Below, piece by piece: positions 25,093 through 53,182 of a stretch of DNA of 64,000 nt. The notes beneath the pieces were generated by a model, which worked only from the letters and a program-made list of their open reading frames with translations, ran no database searches and was not told the origin of the DNA. This stretch comes from Lytechinus pictus (lineage: Eukaryota), in assembly GCF_037042905.1 (NCBI RefSeq), contig NC_087252.1:8682001-8746000 (forward strand), read 5' to 3'. The number at the start of each line of letters is the position of its first letter. Position 1 is the stretch's first letter. Position numbers and translations under genes: made by a program.

Positions 25093-27399
25093 TGGAGATG
25101 GTTTCTTGATGTGACTGAGGCATAAAGTGATAGGACTTCAGTGGCAATTGAAGTATTGCATTATGTATATAAATATTCTAACTTTTTACCCTCTTTAAAG
25201 TATTTCACTCATATATCATGCAACTACTCAGAGAAATAAAAATCAAACGGAGCCTTGGGGCGATTTAATCCCAGAAGTGCTCAATAGAGCCCTGGAAAAA
25301 TCCCAATTCATTGCGATGTTAAAGCTAACCCAAAATGTTGAAAATATCAAAATTTGATAACAGCGTACCTGAATTTGAAAGCTCGGCAATATTTTGTGAA
25401 AACAGTTGTATGCACATGGTCATGCATATTCATTAGGTGGGCTGATGATGTCACATCCATACTTATTACATGAAATGCTAGATTGTTTCATTTTTTCATG
25501 CATTTGTGAAGGATATGTCTCCTTTAAAATGAGATTAGTTGCAGCAATTATTATATCACACTTAATCAGTTGTCAACTATTTGTTTAGTTATTGTATGAA
25601 AAAAAAATAGTAAACCTAATTTCATAAAATAAAATACAAAACAACAAGTGGGGACATGACATCAGTTTGCTCATTGAATGTTCATGAAAAGGCATTCCGA
25701 GAACTGTTTCACTGGAACAATGCAAATCTTTGAAATGCAATGGCTGTTATTCCTTGTCCGATTTTAATCAAATGTTCAGTATTTTGTTTGTCTAATTTTT
25801 GTTATCTATTCAAATCATTTAATTTTAGCCTGGAGTACCCCTGTAATCATATTTTAAAAATATTTTCATTCCCTGAGCTCTGTTGGATTTTTTTTTTTTT
25901 GGGGGGGGAGGGGGATATGGTTAACAATATTCTTCATTTTCTTCTAAGGCATAATGCACCTGTCAAGTTGTTTTTCAATCAGGAGTGCTCGGTAATATCT
26001 AACCTGCAGTTTGCAATGCAGTCTTTTCTGTATGCTTTATTCATCTTGTGCTCTTTTATGATTTGGTAATTATACCATATGCATGCATTTGGACAGTATT
26101 ATATTTATTTGTTTTGTACTAAAATTAGTTGTGGGAATGGGATAATGTTGATGGAGGATTCCCCAATCCAATGCTGTAGTATCGATTTTAAGAACTCTAA
26201 GTCATATGTATCTGATTCTTTCGGTATGAGGTAGGGGAGTCATGTTGCCATATTGTGTGATATACAGTAATCTTCCAGTGTTTGTAGCATTCTGTGCATT
26301 TGAATTTCTCTCGTCAATTATTACATTATTTATTAAGTTGTTTCCTGTTTTTTTCACTTCAGTGACATGCATGTTATTTGTCATCTATTGCCAGTCTTCA
26401 TGAATAATGCTTTCCTGTAAATTATTTTTTTTCAAATATTCACAAAGATATATGATCAATGTACAGCGTTGAATATAATTTTGAGAGATGTTGATGATTA
26501 TGTTGAAAACAAAATACAAATATACAAATTCAATATTCAAATGTGTCATATTTACCACCTAGTCATTTTTTAATAACTTTTTTTCTACTTCATTGAGAGC
26601 GATGAAAGCCCTGTCTTGGTCAAGGGTCAATAATTATATAATATTGACTGGCCTTGAGGGGAACATCAAATATATTGCCAGCAAAAGAATCATATTGGCA
26701 CGAGTCTTGAGACAAGGGCAATATGGGTCTTTTATCAAGGGCAATATATTTGATATTCCCCGAAAGAAGAGCCAGTCAATATTTTTATTATCATCCAAAT
26801 CAGATATAAAGAGAAAAAAATCACAACAATAATGGTGTTATTTCTTTTGATGAATAGAGTTATGTTGTGTCATGTTTTATCAGGGTCTAGGCTTTGCACT
26901 TTACCATTATGACATACTTGTAAGCGTCCAGATCCAGTGTTTTTATCCTGACGTATATTGTTGGTGCGCGGAGCATTATGAAGCGTATCTCTTTTAGCAT
27001 CCTCAATGCCCGGATGTGAGACCAGGGAAAATACAAAGGTATATTCTGCGTCCACTTTGCATACAAAGCCAATATGCACATAGAGACCAAGGAAAATACA
27101 AACAATATAGCTACAGTATCACTTCCCGATATTCAGAAAATGTAGGGCAATATGGTTTTGTAAATGGCCAGCTCAGATGTCTCATACGAGTGATATACAT
27201 TATACTGGAATGTCATGTAACACTTAGTTGTACAGAAATGAAGTAGCAGTTAAATGTTTTCTACATTCAAATATTCCAGTCTTTTAGACATCCATCTCAC
27301 CCCTTTCAGTGATGTTCAATTTCACCTATCCTACATTCTCTAACCAACCAGTAATCAATCTCACCCACCCATATACAGCTCACTTTTCTAATAGCTTGA

Positions 27400-27805
27400 G
27401 ATGAGAGTGAGTAGGGGAGTGGTGGGTGAAAGTTAGTAGGGTTGCTTTGTTGGAGAGTGAATAGTTGAGAATAAGGGTGGATGAAAGTAAGTGGGGCATG
27501 GGTGGGTGTGAGTATGGTAGGGGTGGGTGAGAGTAAGTAGGGTAAGTGTGGGTGAGAGTGAGTAGGGTGGGTGAGAGTGAGTAGGGTAGGTGTGGGTGAG
27601 AGTGAGTAGAGTAGGTGTGGGTGAGTAAGTTATGTGTGGGTGGGAGTGAATAGGGTAGGGGTGGGTGAGAGTGAGTAGGGTAGGTGTGGGAGAGAGTGAG
27701 TAGGGTAGGGGTGGGAGAGAGTGAAAAGGTTAGGTGTGGGTGAGGGTGATTAGGGTAAGGGTGGGTGAAAGTGAGTAGGTTATGTTTGCTTGAAAGTGAG
27801 TAAGT
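27400..27805. repeat. Degenerate 25-bp G-rich minisatellite (resumes at 29057-29180)
   Basis: GTAGGTGTGGGTGAGAGTGAGTAGG-like units. Confidence 0.85.
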
Positions 27806-27818
27806 TACATGTAGGTGA

Positions 27819-29056
27819 CAGAGCTTCCAAGTCTCCCGGATCCTGCGGGAGAATACTGGATTGCGATCCAATCTCCCGATCTCCCGACCCCATGCCAAAA
27901 TCTCCCGGATAATCAGGATTTTTAGCTGTTAAATTGTAAAATTCGTACAAACGACTGTTTAACGAGTCTAGCATGTTCAACTCCCTAACACCAAAGTACC
28001 CACGTGGAACCTCCTTATCACATTTTCATTTTACCCAGTAACTTCTACCAGTTTTTGTATAATCGTACATTGATTTCGCATGTAAATAAAGATAATTTTA
28101 CTGAACGACTGGTGAAGTAGTCTAACAAGCCATTTTATTTCCGGGTTCTGCATGTGTGTGTGATGAAAACTCTTCAGCGGTACTCCATGCACATGGCCCC
28201 CGATGCGCCCCGGCGCGGCTCCAGCCGGCCGCGCTGCGCCAGGAAGCTCCGAGAATTAAAGTTCACGAGCACTGCGAGGCATTTTTCGTAAGCTTGCGTG
28301 CGCCTTATTCGAGCTGAAACTGTGGATCAACGATGGGATTAACAAGTGGATTACTTTTTTACACCTCGACTTTCAATTTCAGGAATAATTTTATTGACAA
28401 TCTTGAAGAATTAGAAGCAAAGTGGAGATTTTTTCGCCTACTTTCACTTGGGTTGATCGGATTCGAACATTTTCTCTTTCGTGAGTGATCTAGCCTGGCG
28501 CTGGCTGGCTGAGCTGTGCGAAGCACGCCCCGTCCCGATTCATCCACACTACAATCGCATCGCCAGTGACCATGGAGATCATGGAGATGGAGTCATCCAA
28601 GACGACAAAATACTTGTCGAAGTATAAAGATAGTTTCAAGCAGAATGGGACTGTGTGACAATTTTCACAGGAATCCCTCAGAGACTTTAAACAGTCCACA
28701 TATAAAGCTCATTTACCATGTTTACCACTTCTGTAGCCCCTTCCCCCTCTGGCTCTGGCCAATTATAAAGGTATTTTCATGTTGACTTCATTCTTTTATG
28801 AATTATTTAAAAAATCTACTGTATTGCCTGAAGTGTATATTTAGTCAATGACAATTCATGAATTCTCTCTAATGTGCATTTAATCTATCAGAATTTTTTT
28901 TGATGGTTTAGACAGCTGTCTGTTACTATCAAATGTTTCTTAATGTGTTTTGCTACCCAAAACTCCCATCCGTGGGACAATGTTCCGCCGCTCCCTCACA
29001 AAATCATACCTCCGCGAAATCTACTGGATTCTATCATCCCAATGTTGGCAGCTCTG
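27819..29056. mobile_element. Non-autonomous TIR element inserted in the minisatellite
   Basis: CAGAGCTTCCAA...TTGGCAGCTCTG; AGGTGA on both flanks; CpG-rich interior. Confidence 0.7.
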
Positions 29057-29371
29057 AGGTGAGGGTAAGAGTAAGTAGGGTGGGTGGGTGTGGGTGAGAG
29101 TGAGTAGGGTATGTGTGGGAGAGAGTGAGTAGTGTATTAGAGGGTGAATGAATGGAGTTGGTTAGGGAGAAGTGGGGGAGAGTAAGTACCCACTTTCAGT
29201 CTTATCTCCTTCGATGTACCCCATTCTCTACTCAAACTCACTCATATATTCCTATCCGATCTCCGTCCTCCTAAGTTCCTGGGAGTTTCACACAATTTCA
29301 TTTGCTTTTCAGGATACGCATACAAACATCTTATTTAATGATGCAGAACGAAATTAGAGTAGCAATGGCTC

Positions 29372-31469
29372 CAGTGGCGTACCGTGGGTCACGGCATTGA
29401 GGGGGGCACCTTCAAAATTTTGAGTCACTTTGTGGACGCGCGAAGGGTGTTCAATTGCCAGGTATACTGACCTAATAGAGACATTTTAAGGACTGCCATT
29501 AAACGTATGTATATCACTGATCAAATAGTGTTAGCGCGAATGCGAGCGCGAAGCGCGAGCTGAAGTCTTTGTATTTATTTACCCCAAACAGGGACATTTT
29601 AATGACTATTTTTTAGTAATCCAATGAGAGTATATCTCACCATAGTCATGTAATTTTAGTGCCAAGCGCTTGCTGATTTTGTTAGAATTACATCTAAACG
29701 CATGAAAAACTTTGTGTAGTCCTTGTAATCATGATTAGCATACTCATCTCACTAATCAAATATTGCAAGCGCGAGCTGAAGATTTCGTTAATTAAGATCT
29801 GAAGAGAGGCATTTAACCCTATCTTAACTGGGCTATTTCAGATCAACATATACCCCCCCCCCCCTCAGATCTCGGCCGTTGATTGCGCGATCGCCGCGAA
29901 AATTTGCACGTGCGTAGAGCCGGATGTAAACTACAAGACTGTTTAGTAGAATTTTCAAAAAATAATTGCTTATATTTTTTAATAATTATACAAATAAGCG
30001 TATGAAATTTGCCCTAATATTGTTTTCTGTGTATATTTTTGCCTTTAACTCAATTTATATAGCTAGTAGAATGCTAATCTTTGCTTAACATATAGATTTT
30101 TGCATTTCTAACAAAAATCTAAAAAAAAATTGCCGAAAAATAATTAATTTCCTATATATCTTATTTTTTTATTCCTATGTATTTTTTTTTCAAACCTTTA
30201 TTTTTATTGTTTTTTCGATGAAATTTGTCAGGGACCCTTATGCAATCATAAATAACATAAAATAAATCCATCTTAACCAACAAAGGTTAAACAATCATAC
30301 ATTTATGATTTTTGGTTGAAAAACACAATTTGCATTGACTTTGTACACGTAATCACGTTTTTGAGCAATTTGAGGACCGACATGCGCTTACAAAATATTG
30401 CGTAATTTCGGAACCGCAAATTTGGTCTCAAAAGATGCGCAAGTCTTGAAAGTAAAAGGTCGGCGAGCGGTGCGGTCAAAAATGTTTGCGTGGCGGCGAA
30501 GCAGCGAATTTTGTCGAGGGGGGAGGGGTCAAATTGACCCCCCCCCCCCCCGTTTCTTAAGGGTCAAGGCTTGATTTTAGGAACTCACGAAGACCGTAGG
30601 TATTTCACTAACCAAATGATGCGAGCGCAAAGCGCGAGCTGAAAATTCTGTACATATTGACCCCAAACGGACATTTTAAGGACTATTCTTTAGAAATTAA
30701 TTACACATCTCACCAAAGTCATCTAATTCGTGTGCCATGCGCAAGCTGATTTTGTTAAAATTACATCTAAACACATGAAGCACTTTTTTTAGTCATTAGA
30801 TACCATGATTATATACGTATCTCACTAATCAAATATTGCGAGCGCGAAGTGAGCTGAAAAATTTAGGAAATTCATATCTGAAGAGGAGCATTTTAAGGCT
30901 TGTTTGTAGGAATTGACTAAGACCATACGTATTTCACTAACCAAATGATGCGAGCGCGAAGCGCGAGCTGAAAGTCTTTGAGATTCAGATCTGAAAAAGG
31001 GATATGTTAAGGGATGATTTTAGGAATTCATGAAGAGCAGACATATCTCACCAATCCACTAATGTGAACGAAAGCAAGGAATGGATGGGGCAACCTCAAA
31101 AGGGGGCAATCACTTTTAGTAGTCATGAAGCATGAAGCATTTGTCACTACATAAAACAATAATAACTCGAAGTGCGAGGAAATATATTTGGTAAATATTG
31201 ACTTGAAAGTGGGATGTTTTGTACAACATGATTATATATCTCCTAAAACAGACATTGCGAGCACCAGGAAAGTTGAACACACAGGCCCTGCGCAAATTAT
31301 GTTTCATAAAGTATAAAGTATATTAGTATAATATATCATATTATAATGTACAATAATCTATTCTTTCCCACTACGTTTCTTTTTCTTCTCCCCCCCCCCC
31401 CGTTTTTTTCCTTTGGCAAACGATGGGGGGGGCACGTGCCCCCCCCCCCCCCACGTAGTTACGCCACTG
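29372..31469. mobile_element. hAT-like non-autonomous transposon with 8-bp TSD
   Basis: AATGGCTC|CAGTGGCGTA...TACGCCACTG|AATGGCTC; internal GCGAGCGCGAAGCGCGAGC repeats; empty paralogous site at about 53780. Confidence 0.85.
29817..30563. mobile_element. piggyBac-like element nested in the hAT-like element
   Basis: TTAA|CCCT...AGGG|TCAA; similar to 18314-19021. Confidence 0.72.
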
Positions 31470-32544
31470 AATGGCTCTTTAAGGTGCGTTCTATACATAT
31501 TCACAAGAGTTAAAATTTTTAAGCAACTATATTCTGTTCCATCGTATTAAATAGTAAGAGTATAGGATGGTTTATACAAACACACCATAATTGTCTATGT
31601 ATAGTCCACAGTGCTATTTTGTGTATTTCATAATTACGAATTAAGCAACATTATTCGTATTTCTTGTTGTAGGATAATGTGTGCTCGCATTTCATAAGTT
31701 GGGTGTGCAAAAGGGTGCCATGGATTAAATTGTTGCTACATGACAGCACCTAGACCAAATGTATTGAGTAAGATCTCATTTTGAAGCTAGAAGTTTAGGC
31801 TGAATATATTATTATAAATAAGATCAATTTCATATCAGGAACAAAAACTATAGCACATTAATTTTGAAGTAACAGGGGTGGCGGAGCCGGTGGATACGGT
31901 GAATGATAGAATGTTAATTAAACTTAATCAACATCTTCATATAATATGTAATATGACTGTCAGCCTCATATTTCTAGACAGTTTAATAGCAGGGAACATC
32001 TAACTGTTATAAACATTTGACAATCTTGAAAATCTTGTAGTCGGTTAAAGTTGGTGCGAGTGCATTATTTTGGTACAATCTGATCAAATTACATTTCGTC
32101 TGAGTGGAATATCATGAGCATCATAAACTCCTGGATACAATAATCATATAACTTAATCTAATGATCGCAATTATATGCATAATAATACACACAAACTACG
32201 TACACTCTTAAAGAGGCACGGCAAAAAAGGCAAATTTTTTAACCATCACTAGGCAACAAACCTTTCATACATTACCAAACACAGTCGACAGTATTTTGCC
32301 CAACATTTCAAGTGTGTATATTGAACGTATTTCCTACATAAAGTTATCAGTACGGCATTTTCAGGTGTATTTTTGAAGTGGAATAAACTTGAAATTGTAT
32401 ACACAAGAATGGCAAATTTTGAAAAGCTTTTGAATTTTCTCATATTCTCTGATAGAATTTGACTTACTACTAAAAAAATATATATTTTATGTCACCCTTT
32501 TTCCATTCCATGTTGAGTTTTTGCATATGCCCCCTATTATGTTA

Positions 32545-32750
32545 TACCGATGTTTTTTTACCTGACTGCTAAGAAAGCATGAATGCCTGTGAGCCAGCAA
32601 CCAGGGGACCAACGGATTAAGGTCGTCTCCGTAGGACCTGATAATGAGGATAAATGCCTTACCAAAGGGCACTAGCGCATCACTTCTGAATCGAACCCGG
32701 GTCACCGGAATCCGAAACCCCCGCTCTACCGACTGAGCTATCGCGCCTCC
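32545..32750 (-). mobile_element. tRNA-derived SINE in the 3' region of SRCR copy A
   Basis: Reverse complement of the 18-195 family; flanked by imperfect CCCCTA.ATGT duplications; absent at the paralogous site (about 55270-55290). Confidence 0.82.
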
Positions 32751-32792
32751 CCCTAAATGTATAAAGCCAGAAGATACTTAGATAGAGTGTAA

Positions 32793-47073
<14,281 letters not shown>

Positions 47074-47511
47074 CTAATATATCATACCGATTGACAATAA
47101 AGACTTTGTTTCTTCTTTTTATGAAATGAAGCAAATCGCAGTTGACTTCTCTCGTCGGGGTAACCAAATGCGTGTAAACACTGTACAAAGCGAAATGAGA
47201 TTTTACGTGCCGTTTTATTTCCTTATTTGTTGAGGATGCGTTTATTCCCGCTACAACTCAGAGGGGATTTTATGAAACAGTTCGTAAAATGCGCCCGACC
47301 TTATACGAATTATCAAAATGCGAAGTAACGAAGTGCACTTCAGGGCCCCGTCTCATAAAGCGATATGATTGATCCGATCGAGCTTAACAATGGAAATCCT
47401 TCGATGTCTCGATGACATAATTTTTCATGTTACAGTAAATTTTGCACGATGTGTCTCAGAAAACGTACAATACTCCTGTGAATATTCAATACAATGGCGC
47501 ATATATAAATA

Positions 47512-48013
47512 GGGTTACACTTCGTATTTCCGAAGGTTCGTAATTCCGAAACACGTAAATTGCCTATACCTCGATGTTCGTTAATCCGAAAACGTAAAAG
47601 GGTTCGTTAATCCGAACATTTGTGGCGTTATTCCGAAGGTTCGTTAATCCAAAAACGAAATAAGGTTCGTTGTTCCGAAGGTTCGTTAATCCGAAAAACG
47701 AAATAAGGTTCGTTGTTCCGAAGGTTCGTTAGTCCGAAAAACGAATTAAGGTTCGTTAATCATTAGGTTTTAAAACTAACGAACCTTCGGAATTACGAAC
47801 CTCATTTCGTTTTCGGATTAACGAACCTTCGGAATTACGAACCTCATTTCGTTTTCGGACTAACGAACCTTCGGAATTACGAACCTCATTTCGTTTTCGG
47901 ATTAACGAACCTTCGGAATTACGAGCCTTCGGAATTACGAACATTCGGAAATACGAACCTTCGGAATAACCGAACCTCCGGAATAACGAAGCTTCGGAAT
48001 TACGAATGTATGC
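47512..48013. mobile_element. Foldback element built of 42-bp TTCGGAATTACGAACC-type subrepeats
   Basis: Left and right halves are inverted; one-armed relative at about 53245-53640. Confidence 0.72.
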
Positions 48014-48471
48014 GGAAATATTGAGGAAACAGTTCTAACCACCACCACCACCAAAAAAGTTTGGTTGCTTCGTTTCCATAGTCATGAAAGTTGTGATTGA
48101 CTGGATGAATTCAAACTCTTCGTAAGACAGGGTATTCGAAGTTTGAAAGTTGTTTTAACATCATGTCTCATAATTCACGTTGTAATTTGACAAATAATAT
48201 AAATTGCAATAAAACTCATGAACTCGTTTTATTGTTATTTATGTTAATCATAGTCACTCCACCTCAAAATAAAATTAAGTGTGCTTCTCTTTGTTTACAA
48301 AGGACATTGTAAAATTTCTTGTAGAAAATATTATGACGATTGATTTCCATAGAGTTAAGGTTAATTGGATAAGTCGTAAAAAGGACCTTGATGTTCTCAT
48401 CTCTTTCCACCTGATTCATTGCAATGAATCAATCAATCACAATGGTGAAACCGGCTCCAGACCGAGAAACC

Positions 48472-49421
48472 GGCTCGTATTCTGAAGTTTGGTTTGATTT
48501 AAACTCTGGTCTAAAGTAATGGTTTAAATATGGAAATCCAACAGTGGCATAAATCCCTAAATGTAGAATTTCAACGTCTCAGCTCATTTTTTATTCAAAT
48601 CATTCTTAACTGTTTTGGAAGGATGCATAAGATATGGCTCAGTTCACTATTAACGAGTTAAGGAAGAGCACAGTAAACACAGCACAGAGTTATACCATGT
48701 TCTTATTTAACCCTAACACTCCGGGGGAGGGGTATAATGCCCCACCCGTCGAAATTGTATCGGTACTTACCTAGCGCCTCAATATTTACATACAAAATAT
48801 AAAGACTTTTTTGTTAAAAAGATCCTTCCCGCACATTTTGATACCAATTTTATGGAGATTGGACCTACCGTGCTGGTGTCAGATTACTCTTACCGAACAC
48901 ATGTCACTGAAATTTCGCATTTCTATATGACTGTGTATACGTAAATACTTTCTGGTAAGTATTATGGCTTTAAATCTGTAAATATTTACCAAAAATATAT
49001 ACACACTCTCTCACTACACCCACATATATGCATCTGAAAACGATTGACAAAAAACAGAGAAATACATTAGAAAAATGATAATATACATAAAACAAATCTA
49101 CCACAACCTATTTTTTTTCTCTAAGAATTGATGAGGGAGCTATGAAAGACATTTGTACCAATATTGCTATCCCAGAGGCTTTATTTAGTAAGAAATACCG
49201 AAACCTATGATTTGTAGCATAAATTAGCACAAATTCATTACTTAAAAAAAATACAAGGACTTTCGTAAAGTTAGCATACTACTTTGTAGATTACGTAATT
49301 CTTGACCCTTGTGCATTTCGAGGCAATCGGGCGACCCATGGCCGAGATATCAGGGAGGGGGCATAATAGCCCCTCCCAGACAAGCTTTGATTAAGGTAAA
49401 TCCTGACTTCAGAATACGGGC
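48472..49421. mobile_element. MITE (7509-7819 family) with a probable piggyBac-like insert from about 48711
   Basis: GGCTCGTATTCTGAAGT...ACTTCAGAATACGGGCC; internal TTAACCCT start. Confidence 0.6.
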
Positions 49422-49833
49422 CTATAACTTTATTACCATCAGGATTACCATGACCATAGATCGATCGGGAGGTGGTTTTCTTCATGTGACAGTGACATAA
49501 AGTGATAAGACTTCAGTCACAATTTGATCGATTCACAACACGTTGCGCCATCCATCGGTTGCAGCGGACTGGCCGAAATTCGCAATGCCTCACGGGAAAA
49601 AATTGCATCTGTATTGTACATGCTAGTCCTAATGTGCATGCATTCAAGCGATTTATATTCAGCGCTGGTCAACACGGCTTACATATGCTGTTTACTAGGG
49701 TCCAGGAGGTGGGAGAGAAATTTGCCCTAACATTTCTTTGCAAAATTTAGGGCATTTTGGGGGTGAATTCTTTCCATATGGTTTTCATTTTTAAAGCACA
49801 AACAGTCACACTACAGTACACTATTGTGCGCTG

Positions 49834-50392
49834 CCCGGGGGGGGGGGGGCAGTTCCATTCACGAGTGGATATCATGCGCGACCATGGGGTCTCGAAAAGC
49901 ACCCTAAACACGTAATTTCCATATTCTGCAAATGCACCCCTTAACAAGTATTGGCGTGTGAAACCCTACCCTTAACAAGTATTGGAAACAAAACGATACT
50001 CTTGGCAAATATTCCCTGAAATGAACCCCTAAACAAGTACAGGAATGTTTTATTGTTACGGGTCCTTCGGTCGTCGGCTTTACCTTATTTGGTTTAGTAC
50101 GACCCCATCTTCTACACCTCGCGCAAATTGGACTCTAAACACGAAGTGTTGGGGCAAAAAGGACATCCTTTATAAAACATTTTAATTTTGTTTAATCATC
50201 CCTGCAAATTCGACCCTAAACACGTAATTGTCCTAGCGAAATAGATACCCTTTTTTCATTATTTTTACGTTTTTGACACCCTTATCACGTTACGTACGTA
50301 ACGTGCCCTATCGTGAAAAAGACATCCTTTTTACGTGTTTTTTGGTCGCGCATGGTATCCACTCGTCAATGTAAGTGCCCCCCCCCCCCGGG
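49834..50392. mobile_element. MITE with CCCGGG(G)n termini
   Basis: About 50-bp TIRs including ACGAGTGGATA.CATGCGCGACCA. Confidence 0.75.
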
Positions 50393-51654
50393 CTCTCGAT
50401 GCGGACCCCGAAATTCGAAATTGGGCCTGTTCGGTCTAACCAATAGATGGCGCAATGTCTTGTGAATCCATCATGTTTTGCATTGTGTAGGCCTATGCAA
50501 TTTGTCTACCTTTATACCATCTTTAAAGTATTTCACTCAGATGTCATACAGATATTGTCTACCACGATGGTTAAATGTAACATTTCTTTTTCCCAGCCAG
50601 GCGATATCTTTTTAGTCTTTTTAGATTTACCATCAAAGTCTGCATTGAATTTATGGTAAACTCGCAATGCTTCTTACAGCTCTGATGCATCTACGGCATT
50701 GTAGAGAGCAAAACGAGTGATTCGTGCAATCTACGCATAAATCAAGCAAATTACCCAATCGCGCTGCTGTTAAGCCGTACGTGACGTCACCTCAGTGAAT
50801 ATAACGCTGCGGTTTACCGTACCATACGTGACAGATCTCCACTGAGGTGACATCAGTACTTGATATATTATAATCGCACCCCTTCTAAAACTATGATCAC
50901 ATCGTGGTGATAGCTAGGTCCGAGTAAAATTTACATAGCCTAACCAATGTAAGTCCATAATTTATACTAAGTCCAGTAATATATTGTCAGGGGCACTTTG
51001 TTGTGTTTTATACTGAACCTGTTCGTCAGTTACACATAAATGTGGACATAACTGGAACATGTTGCTGCGTACTACTCAATCAGATCCTCAATTATTTTCA
51101 TTACTCTATTTGATATTTTTCTTAGGGGGGGGGTATGATTACCAATATTCTACATTTTCTTCTCTTCAGGCATATTGCACCTGTCAAGTTGTTTTTCAAT
51201 CAGGAATGCTCAGTAATATCTAACCTGCAGTTTGCAATGCAGTCCTTTCTTTATTCATCTTGTGCTCTTTTATGAACTGGTAATTATACAATATGCATGC
51301 ACTTGGACAGTATTAAACTTATTTGTTTTGTAGTAAAAGGAATTTTAAGGAATGGGATAATGCTAAGGAGAGCTGCAGTGATTCCCCAGTCCAACAGCTG
51401 TAGTATCGCTTTTAAGAACCATAAGTCATATACATCTGGTGTTGTATATTGCTTGATATAAAGTCAATTTCTTATAGTAATCTACCAGTGTTTGTAGCAT
51501 TCTGCGCATATGAATTTCTCTTGTCAATTATTACAGTGTTCAGTAAGTTATTCCCTGAATTTTCACTTAAGTGACATGCATGTTATTTGTCATCTATTGT
51601 CAGTCTTCATGAATAATGCTTTTCTGTAGACTATTACTTTTTTCTTCAAATATT

Positions 51655-53182
51655 CAAGTGAGTAAGGAAGGTGTGGGTGAGAGTGAGTAGGGTAGGCGTG
51701 GGTGAGTGTGAGTAGGGTAAGTGTGGGTGAGGGTGAGTAGGGTAGGTGTGGGTGAGAGTGGGTAGGGTAGGTGTGGGTGAGAGTGAGTAGGGTAGGTGTG
51801 GGTGAGAGTGAGTAGGTGAGTAGGGTAAGTGTGGGTGAGAGTAAATAGGGTAGGTGTAGGTGAGTGTGAGTAGGGTAGGTGTGGGTGAGAGTGAATAAGG
51901 GTGAGAGTGAGTAGGGTAGGTGTGGGTAAGAGTGAGTAGGGTAGGTGTGGGTGAGAGTGAGTAGGGTAAGTGTGGGTGAGAGTGAGTAGGGTAGGTGTGG
52001 GTGAGAGTGAGTAGGGTAGGTGTGGGTGAGAGTGAGTAGGGTAGGTGTGGGTAAGAGTGAGAGTGAGTAGGGTATGTATGGGTAAGAGTGAGTAGGGTAG
52101 GTGTGGGTGAGAGTGAGTAGGGTAGGTGTGGGTGAGAGTGAGTAGGGTAGGTGTGGGTGAGAGTGAGTAGGGTAGGTGTGGATGAGAGTGAGTAGGGTAA
52201 GTGTGGATGAGAGTGAGTAGGGTAGGTGTGGGTGAGAGTGAGTAGGGTAGGTGTGGGTGAGAGTGAGATTGAGTAGAGTAGGTGTGGGTGAGAGTGAGTA
52301 GGGTAGGTGTGGGTGAGAGTGAGAGTGAGTAGGGTAGGTGTGGGTGAGAGTGAGTAGGGTAGGTGTGGGTGAGAGTGAGTAGGGTAAGTGTGGATGAGAG
52401 TGAGTAGGGTATGTGTGGGTGAGAGTGAGTAGGGTAGGTGTGGGTGAGAGTGAGTAGGGTGGTGTGGGTGAGAGTGAGTAGGGTAGGTGTGGGTAAGAGT
52501 GAGAGTGAGTAGGGTAGGTGTGGGTGAGAGTGAGTAGGGTAAGTGTGGATGAGAGTGAGTAGGGTATGGGTGAGAGTGAGTAGGTTAGGTGTGGGTGAGA
52601 TAAAAGGCTTGAAGTGGGTGTCAGTAGGGCACTGGTGGGAGTGAGTGAGAAGGGTATGGATGGTCAGGGTGAGTAGGTTAAGTGTGGGTGAGGGTGATTA
52701 GGGTAAGATTGGATGAGAGCGAATAGGTTAGGTAAAGGTGGGAGTGAGTAGGTTGGGTGAGGGTAAGAGTGAATAGGGTAGTTGTGGGTGAGATTGAGTA
52801 GGTTATGTTTGGGTGAAAATGAGTAGGGTATGTGTGAGTAAAAGTGACGAGGGCAGGTGTGGGTGAGAGTTGATAGGTGTGGGGGAGAGTGTGGATGGTA
52901 TGTGTGGGTGAGAGTAACTAGCTTAGGCGAGGGTGAGAGTGTGCAGGATAGGTGTGGGTGAGAGTGAGTTGGTAGAGTGTGGGTGAGAGTGAGTAGCTTT
53001 GGTGAGGTTGAGGGTGAGTAGGATAGGTATGTGTGAGAGTGAGTTGTTTGAGTGAAGCTGAGAGTAGGGTAGGTGAGATTTGATAGTGTGGGTGAGCGTG
53101 CCCAGGGTAAGTGTGAGAGTGAACAGATTAGGTGTGGGTGAGTAAGTTATGTGAGGCTGAGTAGTTTAAGTATGGGTGAGAG
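51655..53182. repeat. 25-bp G-rich minisatellite, about 60 units
   Basis: GTGTGGG recurs at 51721, 51746, 51771 and onward; homogeneous 5' part, degenerate 3' part. Confidence 0.93.

Noticed and set aside
27380..27898. 172-aa His/Pro/Thr-rich ORF on the minus strand
   Set aside because: Translation of the C-rich strand of the 25-bp satellite.
47512..48013. CRISPR-like or coding repeat (ORF with NSEGSL.RKRNEVR repeats)
   Set aside because: Tandem subrepeats arranged as a foldback transposon; the ORF is an artefact of the 42-bp period.
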